Positions 9,772-18,157 of a stretch of 64,000 nucleotides of DNA are shown piece after piece; the first letter of the stretch is position 1; the number at the start of each line of letters is the position of its first letter. The stretch comes from Bacteroidia bacterium. Lineage in GTDB: Bacteria > Bacteroidota > Bacteroidia > AKYH767-A > OLB10. A program made the position numbers and the translations under genes. Below the pieces are notes generated by a model. It was not told the DNA's origin. It ran no database searches and saw only the letters and a list, made by a program, of their open reading frames with translations. Location of the stretch: the NCBI GenBank assembly GCA_039931675.1, contig JBDTRM010000266.1:47-64046 (forward strand), in the 5' to 3' direction.

Positions 9772-12198
9772 TCAATAAATCAAACCTTTCTTTAGTTTTT
9801 TAATTTGTATTTCAGGCACAGCAGTTCCTATTACAAATACTTCTTTCAAATTAGGAAGCCTCATCAACGCATCAATATTTTCTAAGTTTTTACACATCCC
9901 TAACTCTAAATCTGTTAAGGCTGTAAGTCCTTTTAATCCATCTATATTTTTTAATTGTCCGCAATCATTTAAATCCAAATGAGTCAAAGATTTCATAGCT
10001 TTCAACCCATCTACATTTTGCAACTCATCACATTCGGATAATTGTAAATCAGTTAAATTGATAAGTTCTTTTAACGCATCAACATTTTGTAACTGATCGG
10101 CACCTAAATCCAAACTAGTCAAATTGGTTAGTGCTTTTAATGGTCCAAAATCTTTTAATACCCAACAAGAACTTATTTCCAGATAACTCAAAGTAGTTAA
10201 TTCTTTTATTCCATCTATATTTTCCAATTTGTTGCAATTTCGCAACTCTAAATAAGTCAAAGTGTTGCATTGCTCTAAAGCATTAATATTTATCAAATTA
10301 TAGCAACCTGCTAAAAACAAATATCTCAAAGCTTTCAATCCTTTCAAGGGATCAAAACTTTTCAAATTTTTACAATTATTAATTTTCAAATTAGTTAACG
10401 TAGTTAGAGTTTTTAAGGCTTCAATATTTTGTAGGTTATTAACCTCATCTAAATTTAACCTTGTCAAGGTTGTAAGACCTTTTAAACCATCTAAATTTGA
10501 AATTTTATCATTGTTAGAAACGTAAATGCATTTCAATGATTTTACTTTGTTTAATCCATTAAGATGACTAATTTGGTGGACAGTATCTTCATGTAAGAAA
10601 TTTAATTTTAATGAATCTGGTTGTAATATAAACAAGTCAGAAATGAGACCTTGAAATAAACTATCAGTGAGTAATTGGACATTACTTATGCTTATTGTTT
10701 TTGTTTGCGTATTCCAAAGCAAACCAGCTTTATTAATATTTTCAATTGCTTTTTTCTCTTCCCAATTTTGAATATTTGCATAGTAAGTAGCGCTGAAAAA
10801 TAAAAGAACGCAAATCAGAGCTGGAGCAATCCATGGCGTTAATTTTTGCCAAAATGTCTTTCTGATGCCATGTACTACTTTCTCTAATTGTAAGGCAATG
10901 AAATCATGAGCAATTTGCCATTTTCTATTGCTTTGAGAAGTTTCATTTGGATTAAGGCACCTTACTAATCCATGACGTTGCATAATAATCATTTGATTAT
11001 CAAGTTGAGATATAGTAAGACTAGAGTTTTTGCACAATTCACTTATGCTACTAGGCCTTGCAGTGCTAAAGTCAGTGAGCATGGCTTTAATGATTGATGC
11101 GCGTTCCAACCTTAATTCTTTGCCTAAACATTCCACAATATAACGCTTAATAAGCTTTTCTCCGCGGTTAGGTAAAGATTGATATCCTAGCATTCTTTGC
11201 AAGATAATTCCTAAAAAATTAAGCACAATTGGACGTATTGTTACTGGCGTATCAATGGAGGCGGCCTCCTTCAAAATTCGACTTAATTGTAATTGGGGTA
11301 TCTCTAATCCAGGACATTCCTTAATAAATTTTTCTGCCCATACAAAAGTTAATGGGTTTAATTGCTTAAAATTAATATCTTCAGTTCGTGCCGGCAGTTG
11401 AAGTTGGTCAATCAGCTGTTGAAAATCGCTTCGGTATGATAAAAGAATTTGTATTCCTTCGGGAGGGTTATTAAGAAATCTCTGGAAAAAACTCTCTATT
11501 TCTTTTATTTCCTTTAGCTCTAATCTATTCTCTAAATCTTCCGGATGGTTATGAAGTAAGAAGAATTCTTCAAATTGATCAAGTATAACCAGTATCCGTT
11601 CCCCCGCAGAAAGCATTTTGCTTGCCTGAAGAAATACATTATACACAATTTCTTCCGTAATTAATGGGTTTGTATCATCTCCAATTTGCAATTCTTCATA
11701 TAGAGTTTTTAAGGGATCATGGTAACTTCTTATAGGATAAACATTTGTTAACGGATGCTTAGATTTTTGTAATTGCGGTGAGATGTATGCGTTAATAAGA
11801 GAAGACTTACCAGAACCAGAAGATCCGGTTAAGTATAGAATAGGTTCTTTAGTTTGTTTTAACCATTCTAAGTATTGCTCGTAACCAGAGGCAAAAAAAT
11901 TATATTTATCATCAATACGAGGAGAGGTTGTAAAATACTGTTCATCTGGCTCACCCTTTGGCCTGAGATTAAGCTCTTTCTTTTTTATTAAAGCTGGTCT
12001 CAATGTAAAAAAATAAGCTGAAAAAATGGTAAGAATAACTATCACTGAGACAATCCATTTAAGATAGAATAAATCATCGGGTATTTCTGCTACATAATTG
12101 GACAAGTATAATATTGCTGCAATAAGCATTGCAAAAATTAATATATACTCCTTTAGCTCGGATAGGAATCCAATATAGATATTCTTTTTTTCTGACAT
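9772..12198 (-). CDS. Membrane-spanning STAND-like P-loop NTPase with C-terminal leucine-rich repeats (paralog B)
   Basis: 808 aa and colinear with paralog A. It has the same TM-TM-NTPase-wHTH-TM-LRR order: Walker A LYLTGSSGSGKSS (nt 11803-11826), VILDQFEEFF, and RKWQIAHDFIALQLEKVV identical to A. The LRR part is visibly more diverged than the NTPase part. Confidence 0.75.
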   Translation of the reverse strand: MSEKKNIYIGFLSELKEYILIFAMLIAAILYLSNYVAEIPDDLFYLKWIVSVIVILTIFSAYFFTLRPALIKKKELNLRPKGEPDEQYFTTSPRIDDKYNFFASGYEQYLEWLKQTKEPILYLTGSSGSGKSSLINAYISPQLQKSKHPLTNVYPIRSYHDPLKTLYEELQIGDDTNPLITEEIVYNVFLQASKMLSAGERILVILDQFEEFFLLHNHPEDLENRLELKEIKEIESFFQRFLNNPPEGIQILLSYRSDFQQLIDQLQLPARTEDINFKQLNPLTFVWAEKFIKECPGLEIPQLQLSRILKEAASIDTPVTIRPIVLNFLGIILQRMLGYQSLPNRGEKLIKRYIVECLGKELRLERASIIKAMLTDFSTARPSSISELCKNSSLTISQLDNQMIIMQRHGLVRCLNPNETSQSNRKWQIAHDFIALQLEKVVHGIRKTFWQKLTPWIAPALICVLLFFSATYYANIQNWEEKKAIENINKAGLLWNTQTKTISISNVQLLTDSLFQGLISDLFILQPDSLKLNFLHEDTVHQISHLNGLNKVKSLKCIYVSNNDKISNLDGLKGLTTLTRLNLDEVNNLQNIEALKTLTTLTNLKINNCKNLKSFDPLKGLKALRYLFLAGCYNLININALEQCNTLTYLELRNCNKLENIDGIKELTTLSYLEISSCWVLKDFGPLKALTNLTSLDLGADQLQNVDALKELINLTDLQLSECDELQNVDGLKAMKSLTHLDLNDCGQLKNIDGLKGLTALTDLELGMCKNLENIDALMRLPNLKEVFVIGTAVPEIQIKKLKKGLIY

Positions 12199-12356
12199 GT
12201 GTTATAGTGTCAAATATTCTTTTCAAATTATTCCACAATTTTCTTGTTGTTATTTAGCAATTGAATCTGTTCTTGTAGAATTCAAACTTTTAAAACTATC
12301 TAATGTTCCTGATCTATCTTTTGTGCAGTACAAGATCAAATGAATGTTTTATTTGC

Positions 12357-13835
12357 TTATTTACTGTTCAATGCCGCTACAATTGTTTTAAAATTCAATA
12401 ACCCTGCTTCTAAGTTTTCAATTATTTCCATTGCCAAAATATCAGGGTCTGGTAAATTGTCTAAGTCGGCTAAAGAGCTGTCTTTAAGCCAGGTTATATC
12501 TAATGATGTTTTGTCTCTGGAAATTAATTCATCATAATCGAATTTTCTCCAGCGACCTTCAGTATTTGATACTGACCATGTTTCCTTTCGCTTGTGCCTG
12601 TTTTTAGGATTGTAACAGGCAATGAAATCCTGAAGGCTTTCAGCATTCAAAGGGTTTTTCTTTAGTGTGTGGTGTACGTTAGTTCTGTAATCATATACCC
12701 AAACTTCTTTCGTCCAAACATTTTTACTTGCTGGTTTACTATCGAAGAACAAAACATTTGCTTTAACTCCATTTGCGTAAAAAATTCCAGTTGGTAAACG
12801 AAGTATTGTGTGCAGGTCGGTTTTTTGTAAAAGTGCTTGTCTTACTTTTTCACCAACACCCCCTTCAAATAAAACATTATCAGGTAAAACAACAGCAGCC
12901 TTGCCTGTTGTGTTAAGCATGGACATAATGTGTTGCAGAAAGTTAAGTTGCTTGTTACTTGTAGTCACAATGAAATCCTGGCGATTGTAGATTAAATCAT
13001 CTTTTTCTTCTTCACCATCTTCGTTAGTAATGGTCATGCTACTTTTCTTGCCAAACGGAGGATTAGCTAGCACGTAATCAAAGGTTGTTTTAGGAGTTGA
13101 CAGTAAGGCATCCTCCGGTGAAATGAAACTTTCTTTTGCACTAATATCTCCTATGCCATGCAAGAAAAGATTCATTAGGCAAAGTCTTCTTGTGTTGGCA
13201 ACAATTTCGTTTCCGAAAAAGGTATTTGATTTTAAAAACTCTCTTTCTGATTTATCTAAATCCTGCCTGGCAATAAAATCATAAGAACCTAAGAAGAATC
13301 CACCGGTGCCGCAGGCCGGGTCTCCAATAGTTTTCTTAGGTTCAGGCCTTACACATGCTACCATGGCTGCTATTAATTCTCTTGGTGTGAAGTATTGCCC
13401 TGCACCACTCTTGGTATCTTCAGCATTCTTTTTTAAAATGCCTTCATAAATATCTCCTTTGTCCTTAACTCCCATGCCCACCCAATTTTCAGCGCCAATA
13501 AGTTGGATCAATTTATAGAGTTTGGCAGGGTCTTGAATTTTATTTTGGCTTTTGGTAAATATCTGACCCAGAATCCCTTTTTCTTTTCCAAGTGACCTTA
13601 GAATTTTATTATAATGGCGTTCTAATTCATCACCACTTTTATCAACCAGACTTTCCCAATTTAGTTCTTTAGGTATATTGATGTCTTTACGTTTGTGAGG
13701 TGGTTTTGAATATTCATCTGCCATTTTTAGAAACAGTAAATAGGTTAACTGCTCTAAATAATCTCCATAACTAACGCCATCATCACGAAGGGTGTTACAG
13801 AAATTCCAAATTTTTTGAACTATTGTGCTTGTCAT
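12357..13835 (-). CDS. hsdM: Type I restriction-modification system, N6-adenine DNA methyltransferase subunit M
   Basis: 492 aa. HsdM N-terminal domain (IWNFCNTLRDDGVSYGDYLEQLTYLLFLK). SAM motif DPACGTGGF. Catalytic motif NPPFG (VLANPPFGKK). Confidence 0.9.
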   Translation of the reverse strand: MTSTIVQKIWNFCNTLRDDGVSYGDYLEQLTYLLFLKMADEYSKPPHKRKDINIPKELNWESLVDKSGDELERHYNKILRSLGKEKGILGQIFTKSQNKIQDPAKLYKLIQLIGAENWVGMGVKDKGDIYEGILKKNAEDTKSGAGQYFTPRELIAAMVACVRPEPKKTIGDPACGTGGFFLGSYDFIARQDLDKSEREFLKSNTFFGNEIVANTRRLCLMNLFLHGIGDISAKESFISPEDALLSTPKTTFDYVLANPPFGKKSSMTITNEDGEEEKDDLIYNRQDFIVTTSNKQLNFLQHIMSMLNTTGKAAVVLPDNVLFEGGVGEKVRQALLQKTDLHTILRLPTGIFYANGVKANVLFFDSKPASKNVWTKEVWVYDYRTNVHHTLKKNPLNAESLQDFIACYNPKNRHKRKETWSVSNTEGRWRKFDYDELISRDKTSLDITWLKDSSLADLDNLPDPDILAMEIIENLEAGLLNFKTIVAALNSK

Positions 13836-13840
13836 AAATT

Positions 13841-14776
13841 TTAATTGGAAAGAGAGGGGATCAGATTAGGTAACCATTTGTTGTATATATCTCGCTTTTC
13901 GTGAGAGAAAATACAAGCCCATGCAACTTTTGAAAAAGGCGCGCTCGGAGAAGTCAATTCTTTGAGTCTAATACACGCCTTATTCAGAATTAATCTTTTA
14001 GCTTGTGCGTTTACTGGTTTTATAAGTTGTTTATTATATTCATATAACTCACCTTCGCACAGTCGCCATATTTCGGTTCTTTGATGTTTAAGTTGTTCCA
14101 AGTCTAAATGAAATAACTCTATGGAAATTTCAGCTCTGAATTTATCATCCTCAGGGGCATTACCAAATACAATGGTGGAGCCATCTTTATCAAAAGAAAT
14201 CAAGGTGGTATCGTATAATAGAAGAGGGTCTAGCAATAACGGAACTTCGACATCTAAATTATCGTTTGGTGGCTCTGTGCAATAAGAACCTCCGGTCAAG
14301 TCTAAAGGAAAATAGTCGCCTTTCCCATTAACTTCTTCCCCTTCTGAAAATCTGTCACTTCTTCGCATATTGACTAAGGAACCCACTAACCTATAATTTC
14401 TCCAGTTGTAAGCCAACCACCAGTAACCGTTTGTATTAATAACTTGCCCATTGTATATATTAGATAGTTCGTTGTTTTCCTCGGACACGTTAATATCATT
14501 TAGCTTATATTTATATTGCTTAGATCTATTTTTAGGTCGAAAGTGATCTATAACAAATTCACCAGCACCAATTGGGGCCTCGGAATACCAGCACTTTCTG
14601 TGTGATAAGCTATACATTATATTTTGAAGAATGTTCCAATCTGTATTTGTTCTAATAAACATCTTACGCTCTTCTGTCGTCATTGCTTGCATCTGTAGAA
14701 GATATTCCCGTTCGAGCTGCTTAAATTGTTGAACCTCTTCAGTATTTGCTATTGCTTCTATGTTTATATGTCTCAT
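13841..14776 (-). CDS. HNH-like (beta-beta-alpha-Me) nuclease family protein, PtuB/TIGR02646-like, lacking the Zn-binding cysteines
   Basis: 311 aa. KCWYSE...FVIDHFRPK (His78 codon at 14543-14545) ... YNWRNYRLVGSLVNMRR matches the C.YCE...IDHF.PK...W.NL...C..CN..K layout of ATPase-associated HNH proteins. Its start codon abuts the stop of the upstream ATPase (TAAATG at 14774-14779). Confidence 0.55.
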   Translation of the reverse strand: MRHINIEAIANTEEVQQFKQLEREYLLQMQAMTTEERKMFIRTNTDWNILQNIMYSLSHRKCWYSEAPIGAGEFVIDHFRPKNRSKQYKYKLNDINVSEENNELSNIYNGQVINTNGYWWLAYNWRNYRLVGSLVNMRRSDRFSEGEEVNGKGDYFPLDLTGGSYCTEPPNDNLDVEVPLLLDPLLLYDTTLISFDKDGSTIVFGNAPEDDKFRAEISIELFHLDLEQLKHQRTEIWRLCEGELYEYNKQLIKPVNAQAKRLILNKACIRLKELTSPSAPFSKVAWACIFSHEKRDIYNKWLPNLIPSLSN

Positions 14777-16384
14777 TTATTCGCCTTTTTCTCTCATTAT
14801 TTCATCTGCAACTTCCTTTGAAATTCTTTGAAGTTCCTCCTCCTCTTCTTTTGTAAGAATTGATTTTTGAAATATTTCATGACGACTCGTTAACTCGAGG
14901 TATTGATTATACCTCGAATCAAGTGTTACATCATAAAATCCCACATTTTCTAACTGATCAACAAGTAAATTATATTCTTCTATTTCATCTGGTTTTATTT
15001 TATCTGAATTTAAGATAGTTTGCAAGTATCGCTTACGGTTAAGATTATCTTCAACCTCTTTACTCATGATTGACGGAAGTCCAAATAATTCACTCGTTAA
15101 AATGCCAGAAACACTTCTTGCTTTAGGGTCAATTTCTGGCTGTTCAACTTTTATTTTACCTTCTTTAGTTGTTCGGAAAATTCTCACTTCTTCTTTTTTC
15201 AATCCACCAATTACTAAAGGGTCATGAGTATTTAAAATGATTTGGGTGGATGCGGGTCGTTGAACGACTTTATCCAAAAATTCCAGATAACGCCATTTCC
15301 AAATGGGATTTAAGTGCGTATCAGGCTCGTCTAATAAAATTAATGAATCTTCTTCTTTTGTAAATTTTAATAATCCCAACACCGTTAGGAGTTGTTGCTC
15401 TCCTTCACTCAATTCTTTGAAAGTGATGCTTCCGTCAACATTGGTCTTTTTTACTTTAATGCGAACCTCTGAAATTAATTTTGATATATAAGTACTTTCT
15501 AACGCTTTGAATAAAGCAGTATTACTGGTGTAAGTATTAGCAAGCTCTTTTAATTTATCTTTTCCTTTTAGATAAAGATAAAGTTGATCTTGGGAGTCAT
15601 ACTCATCAAAATCAACTTGAACATCTTTATGGAAATAGATTGGAGCCAATGACAATTTCCATAGTTTATCAAGAAAGGGACGAACTAATCCTTTCGCTGT
15701 CCAAAAGATATCATCCGGGTTATCTTTAATTTTACTCTTAGCCCATCCAGGCATTTTTAATACGAATAAAATTGATTCAATATCTTTTATATTCAAAACT
15801 TCATTTAGAAATTGAATACTTTCCTTTTCTTCATCTTCATGGGTAAAGTATGCCAAAAGCACAAAATATGAATGTACCAATTGAACGTAAAATAGCTTTC
15901 TTAAAGAATCCAATTCTGTTTCTTGAAAATCGTCACTAGTGATTCTTTTATAAAAATTATGTTGATGCTGCCAAAAGTGTTCCTTGAGTTTATTGCTTAA
16001 CCCTGAGTAATAAGTGAAAACGTATTTAGGCTGATATTGTGTTTTATTTGCCTCCGAGAAAAAAGACTTAAAGGTTTTAATTGGTTCACCATTTACTATA
16101 ATATTGTACTCCCTTTTTTTTGTTTTTTTATTTTCTGAAATAGCAACATCTATTTTGTTATCTCCAATACTGTAAATAATATTGTAATCGAATTCGGGGA
16201 GTACTCTTTTATTTTCTGTACTCAAATCAAGATATTTGAAAATCAGAATCAATGCTTCAATGAAATTCGATTTGCCTGTAGCGTTTTGCCCAAGTAAAAC
16301 GGTTTTCATTTCCTTTTCGTCAAGGTCAATGCTAAACTGCTTTAAGTTCTTGTAGTCTTCAATGTAAACCTTATCTATCCTCAT
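14777..16384 (-). CDS. ABC/SMC-like AAA ATPase (AAA_15/AAA_21 type, PtuA-like)
   Basis: 535 aa. Walker A GQNATGKSN (nt 16268-16291). ABC signature-like LSEGEQQ (aa 325-331). Walker B LILLDEPDTHLNP. H-loop LNTHDP. Its start overlaps the hsdS stop as ATGA at 16381-16384. Confidence 0.7.
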   Translation of the reverse strand: MRIDKVYIEDYKNLKQFSIDLDEKEMKTVLLGQNATGKSNFIEALILIFKYLDLSTENKRVLPEFDYNIIYSIGDNKIDVAISENKKTKKREYNIIVNGEPIKTFKSFFSEANKTQYQPKYVFTYYSGLSNKLKEHFWQHQHNFYKRITSDDFQETELDSLRKLFYVQLVHSYFVLLAYFTHEDEEKESIQFLNEVLNIKDIESILFVLKMPGWAKSKIKDNPDDIFWTAKGLVRPFLDKLWKLSLAPIYFHKDVQVDFDEYDSQDQLYLYLKGKDKLKELANTYTSNTALFKALESTYISKLISEVRIKVKKTNVDGSITFKELSEGEQQLLTVLGLLKFTKEEDSLILLDEPDTHLNPIWKWRYLEFLDKVVQRPASTQIILNTHDPLVIGGLKKEEVRIFRTTKEGKIKVEQPEIDPKARSVSGILTSELFGLPSIMSKEVEDNLNRKRYLQTILNSDKIKPDEIEEYNLLVDQLENVGFYDVTLDSRYNQYLELTSRHEIFQKSILTKEEEEELQRISKEVADEIMREKGE

Positions 16385-18156
16385 TTGGGTTCAACAATTT
16401 TTAAACGTGATTCCTTTCCGATTCTTGGTTCCTCTTCCTCAATTTCTCCATTTTCGATAAGTTTTTTCAACTCACTATAAAATGCATCAATATCATTTTT
16501 ATATATTGATGATTCCCATAGTTTTTTAGCTGAAACAGGTTCCTCGCTTTCTTTAATTATTTCTATGATGCGTTTTAATTCTTCTGCCATCTTTCTTGCT
16601 TTTATATGAAGTGGTTTCTCTGTTTTTTTTCTTTCTTTTTCAGCATTTAAATATTCTTCTCTTTCTTTTTTTATTCTTTCAAGCAATGCACTTGCCGGTC
16701 CATCATTGGGGTCCTGCTCAACCAATTTTCCTTGAAAAGCTTTTTGAAGAAGTCCTTGTCTTAAATTTTCAGAGTGTAATATGTTTTGATTTATAGTTTC
16801 TTCCATTTTGTCAGAGTTTGAAAACTTTAGTTCCATATCAATCACAATAAGTTCTTGCTCTTCAATTGAGCAGATTGCAAAAACAAGACTTTCAAATTTC
16901 GATTTATTTAAAATCGGGAGTGTTGTTGCAACTGCGTTAGATATTATCTGGTCTTGAAAGAATTGACCAATTGATTGGAAATAAATGAAATTAGGATTGA
17001 AGATTTCATGAGGAATTATTGCATTTATTTGTTGGTTACTTGCACCTGCAACTCTTATAATGCCAGTTTTCCCTATTGTAGCACCGATTGATGTAACAAG
17101 AATCGAATTTACAGGAAGCAATCTCGCTTGCCTAATTCCACTCTCAGTTAAATATTCTTTTGCATTTCGAACATTGAACCCTTCATTTAACTCAGTTGGT
17201 TTATAAAACGGATATTTGTCACCATAGTATTCAGGTTTTACTTTTGAAGGTGTTGTGCCTGTTTCAATTTCTCCTAATGAAGAAACTTTAACCCATGTCC
17301 AACCTTCGGGTAATAGTGGTAAGCCTCGAATATCGCCATTTGACAACGTTATTATTCCCCTTTGTTCTTTTGGCTTTTCCTTTCTTATTCCAGTTTTGTA
17401 TTCCGTTAGTTGCTTTTCGTATCGCTCTTTTCTATATGCTCTGATTTCATTAACCAAATCATCAGGAGTTTTCAGTTTCTTTTGTTTGCTTCTCCATTCT
17501 TCAGTCAATTTCCCTTCAAAAGCATGCTTCAAAATTGATTGCTTGTAAACCTTCAACTGCTCCGAAGACACTTGTAATTGCTCTTTCCCTTTTTCAAGTT
17601 CGCTCAGTAATTCATCTAATTTCAGTACAATTCGATTTTGTTCGTTTATTGGGGGAACTGGAAACTCAATTAATGATAGGTTACCTCTTGAAATTCTCTT
17701 TCGTGTTGTTCCACTTTGAAGAGCTTCAATTTTGTTTCGAATTAGCGGGCTATTAATAAAGTAGTTTAATAACTTGTTGTTTATACTATCTTCTCCAGTT
17801 CTAATAATAGCAACATCAACAGCCGTTACGAACTTACTTTCACCTTTTAAAGGAAATAAACAAGCTCTTCCAATTGGGTCAGGCATCCTGGCAACTAGAA
17901 TATCTCCTTCAACCAAAAATGTGCAACCAATTTCATTGGCTCTTTTTAACGTCAAAAACCTACTTGACTTATCTCTAAAGCTACCATCCCCTATGTCTGC
18001 AAGTTGAATCAAACGAACTTCCCCGTTCGGGTCTTGGTCTTTGCTTTCTATCCAATCACCATCTACAAAAACTCCATTAGCCGAAATCATTTCGGCAATA
18101 GTTGCTTTTGCCCAACCTTGCGGTAATTCTATATTTAGTAGTATATCTTTATCCAT
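16381..18156 (-). CDS. hsdS: Type I restriction-modification system specificity subunit S, with a roughly 110-aa C-terminal extension
   Basis: 591 aa. Two target-recognition domains are separated by conserved coiled-coil regions (PPINEQNRIVLKLDELLSELEKGKEQL and SIEEQELIVIDMELKFS...LLQKAFQGKLV). The start lies 1 nt after the hsdR stop. Confidence 0.85.
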   Translation of the reverse strand: MDKDILLNIELPQGWAKATIAEMISANGVFVDGDWIESKDQDPNGEVRLIQLADIGDGSFRDKSSRFLTLKRANEIGCTFLVEGDILVARMPDPIGRACLFPLKGESKFVTAVDVAIIRTGEDSINNKLLNYFINSPLIRNKIEALQSGTTRKRISRGNLSLIEFPVPPINEQNRIVLKLDELLSELEKGKEQLQVSSEQLKVYKQSILKHAFEGKLTEEWRSKQKKLKTPDDLVNEIRAYRKERYEKQLTEYKTGIRKEKPKEQRGIITLSNGDIRGLPLLPEGWTWVKVSSLGEIETGTTPSKVKPEYYGDKYPFYKPTELNEGFNVRNAKEYLTESGIRQARLLPVNSILVTSIGATIGKTGIIRVAGASNQQINAIIPHEIFNPNFIYFQSIGQFFQDQIISNAVATTLPILNKSKFESLVFAICSIEEQELIVIDMELKFSNSDKMEETINQNILHSENLRQGLLQKAFQGKLVEQDPNDGPASALLERIKKEREEYLNAEKERKKTEKPLHIKARKMAEELKRIIEIIKESEEPVSAKKLWESSIYKNDIDAFYSELKKLIENGEIEEEEPRIGKESRLKIVEPK

Positions 18157-18157
18157 T

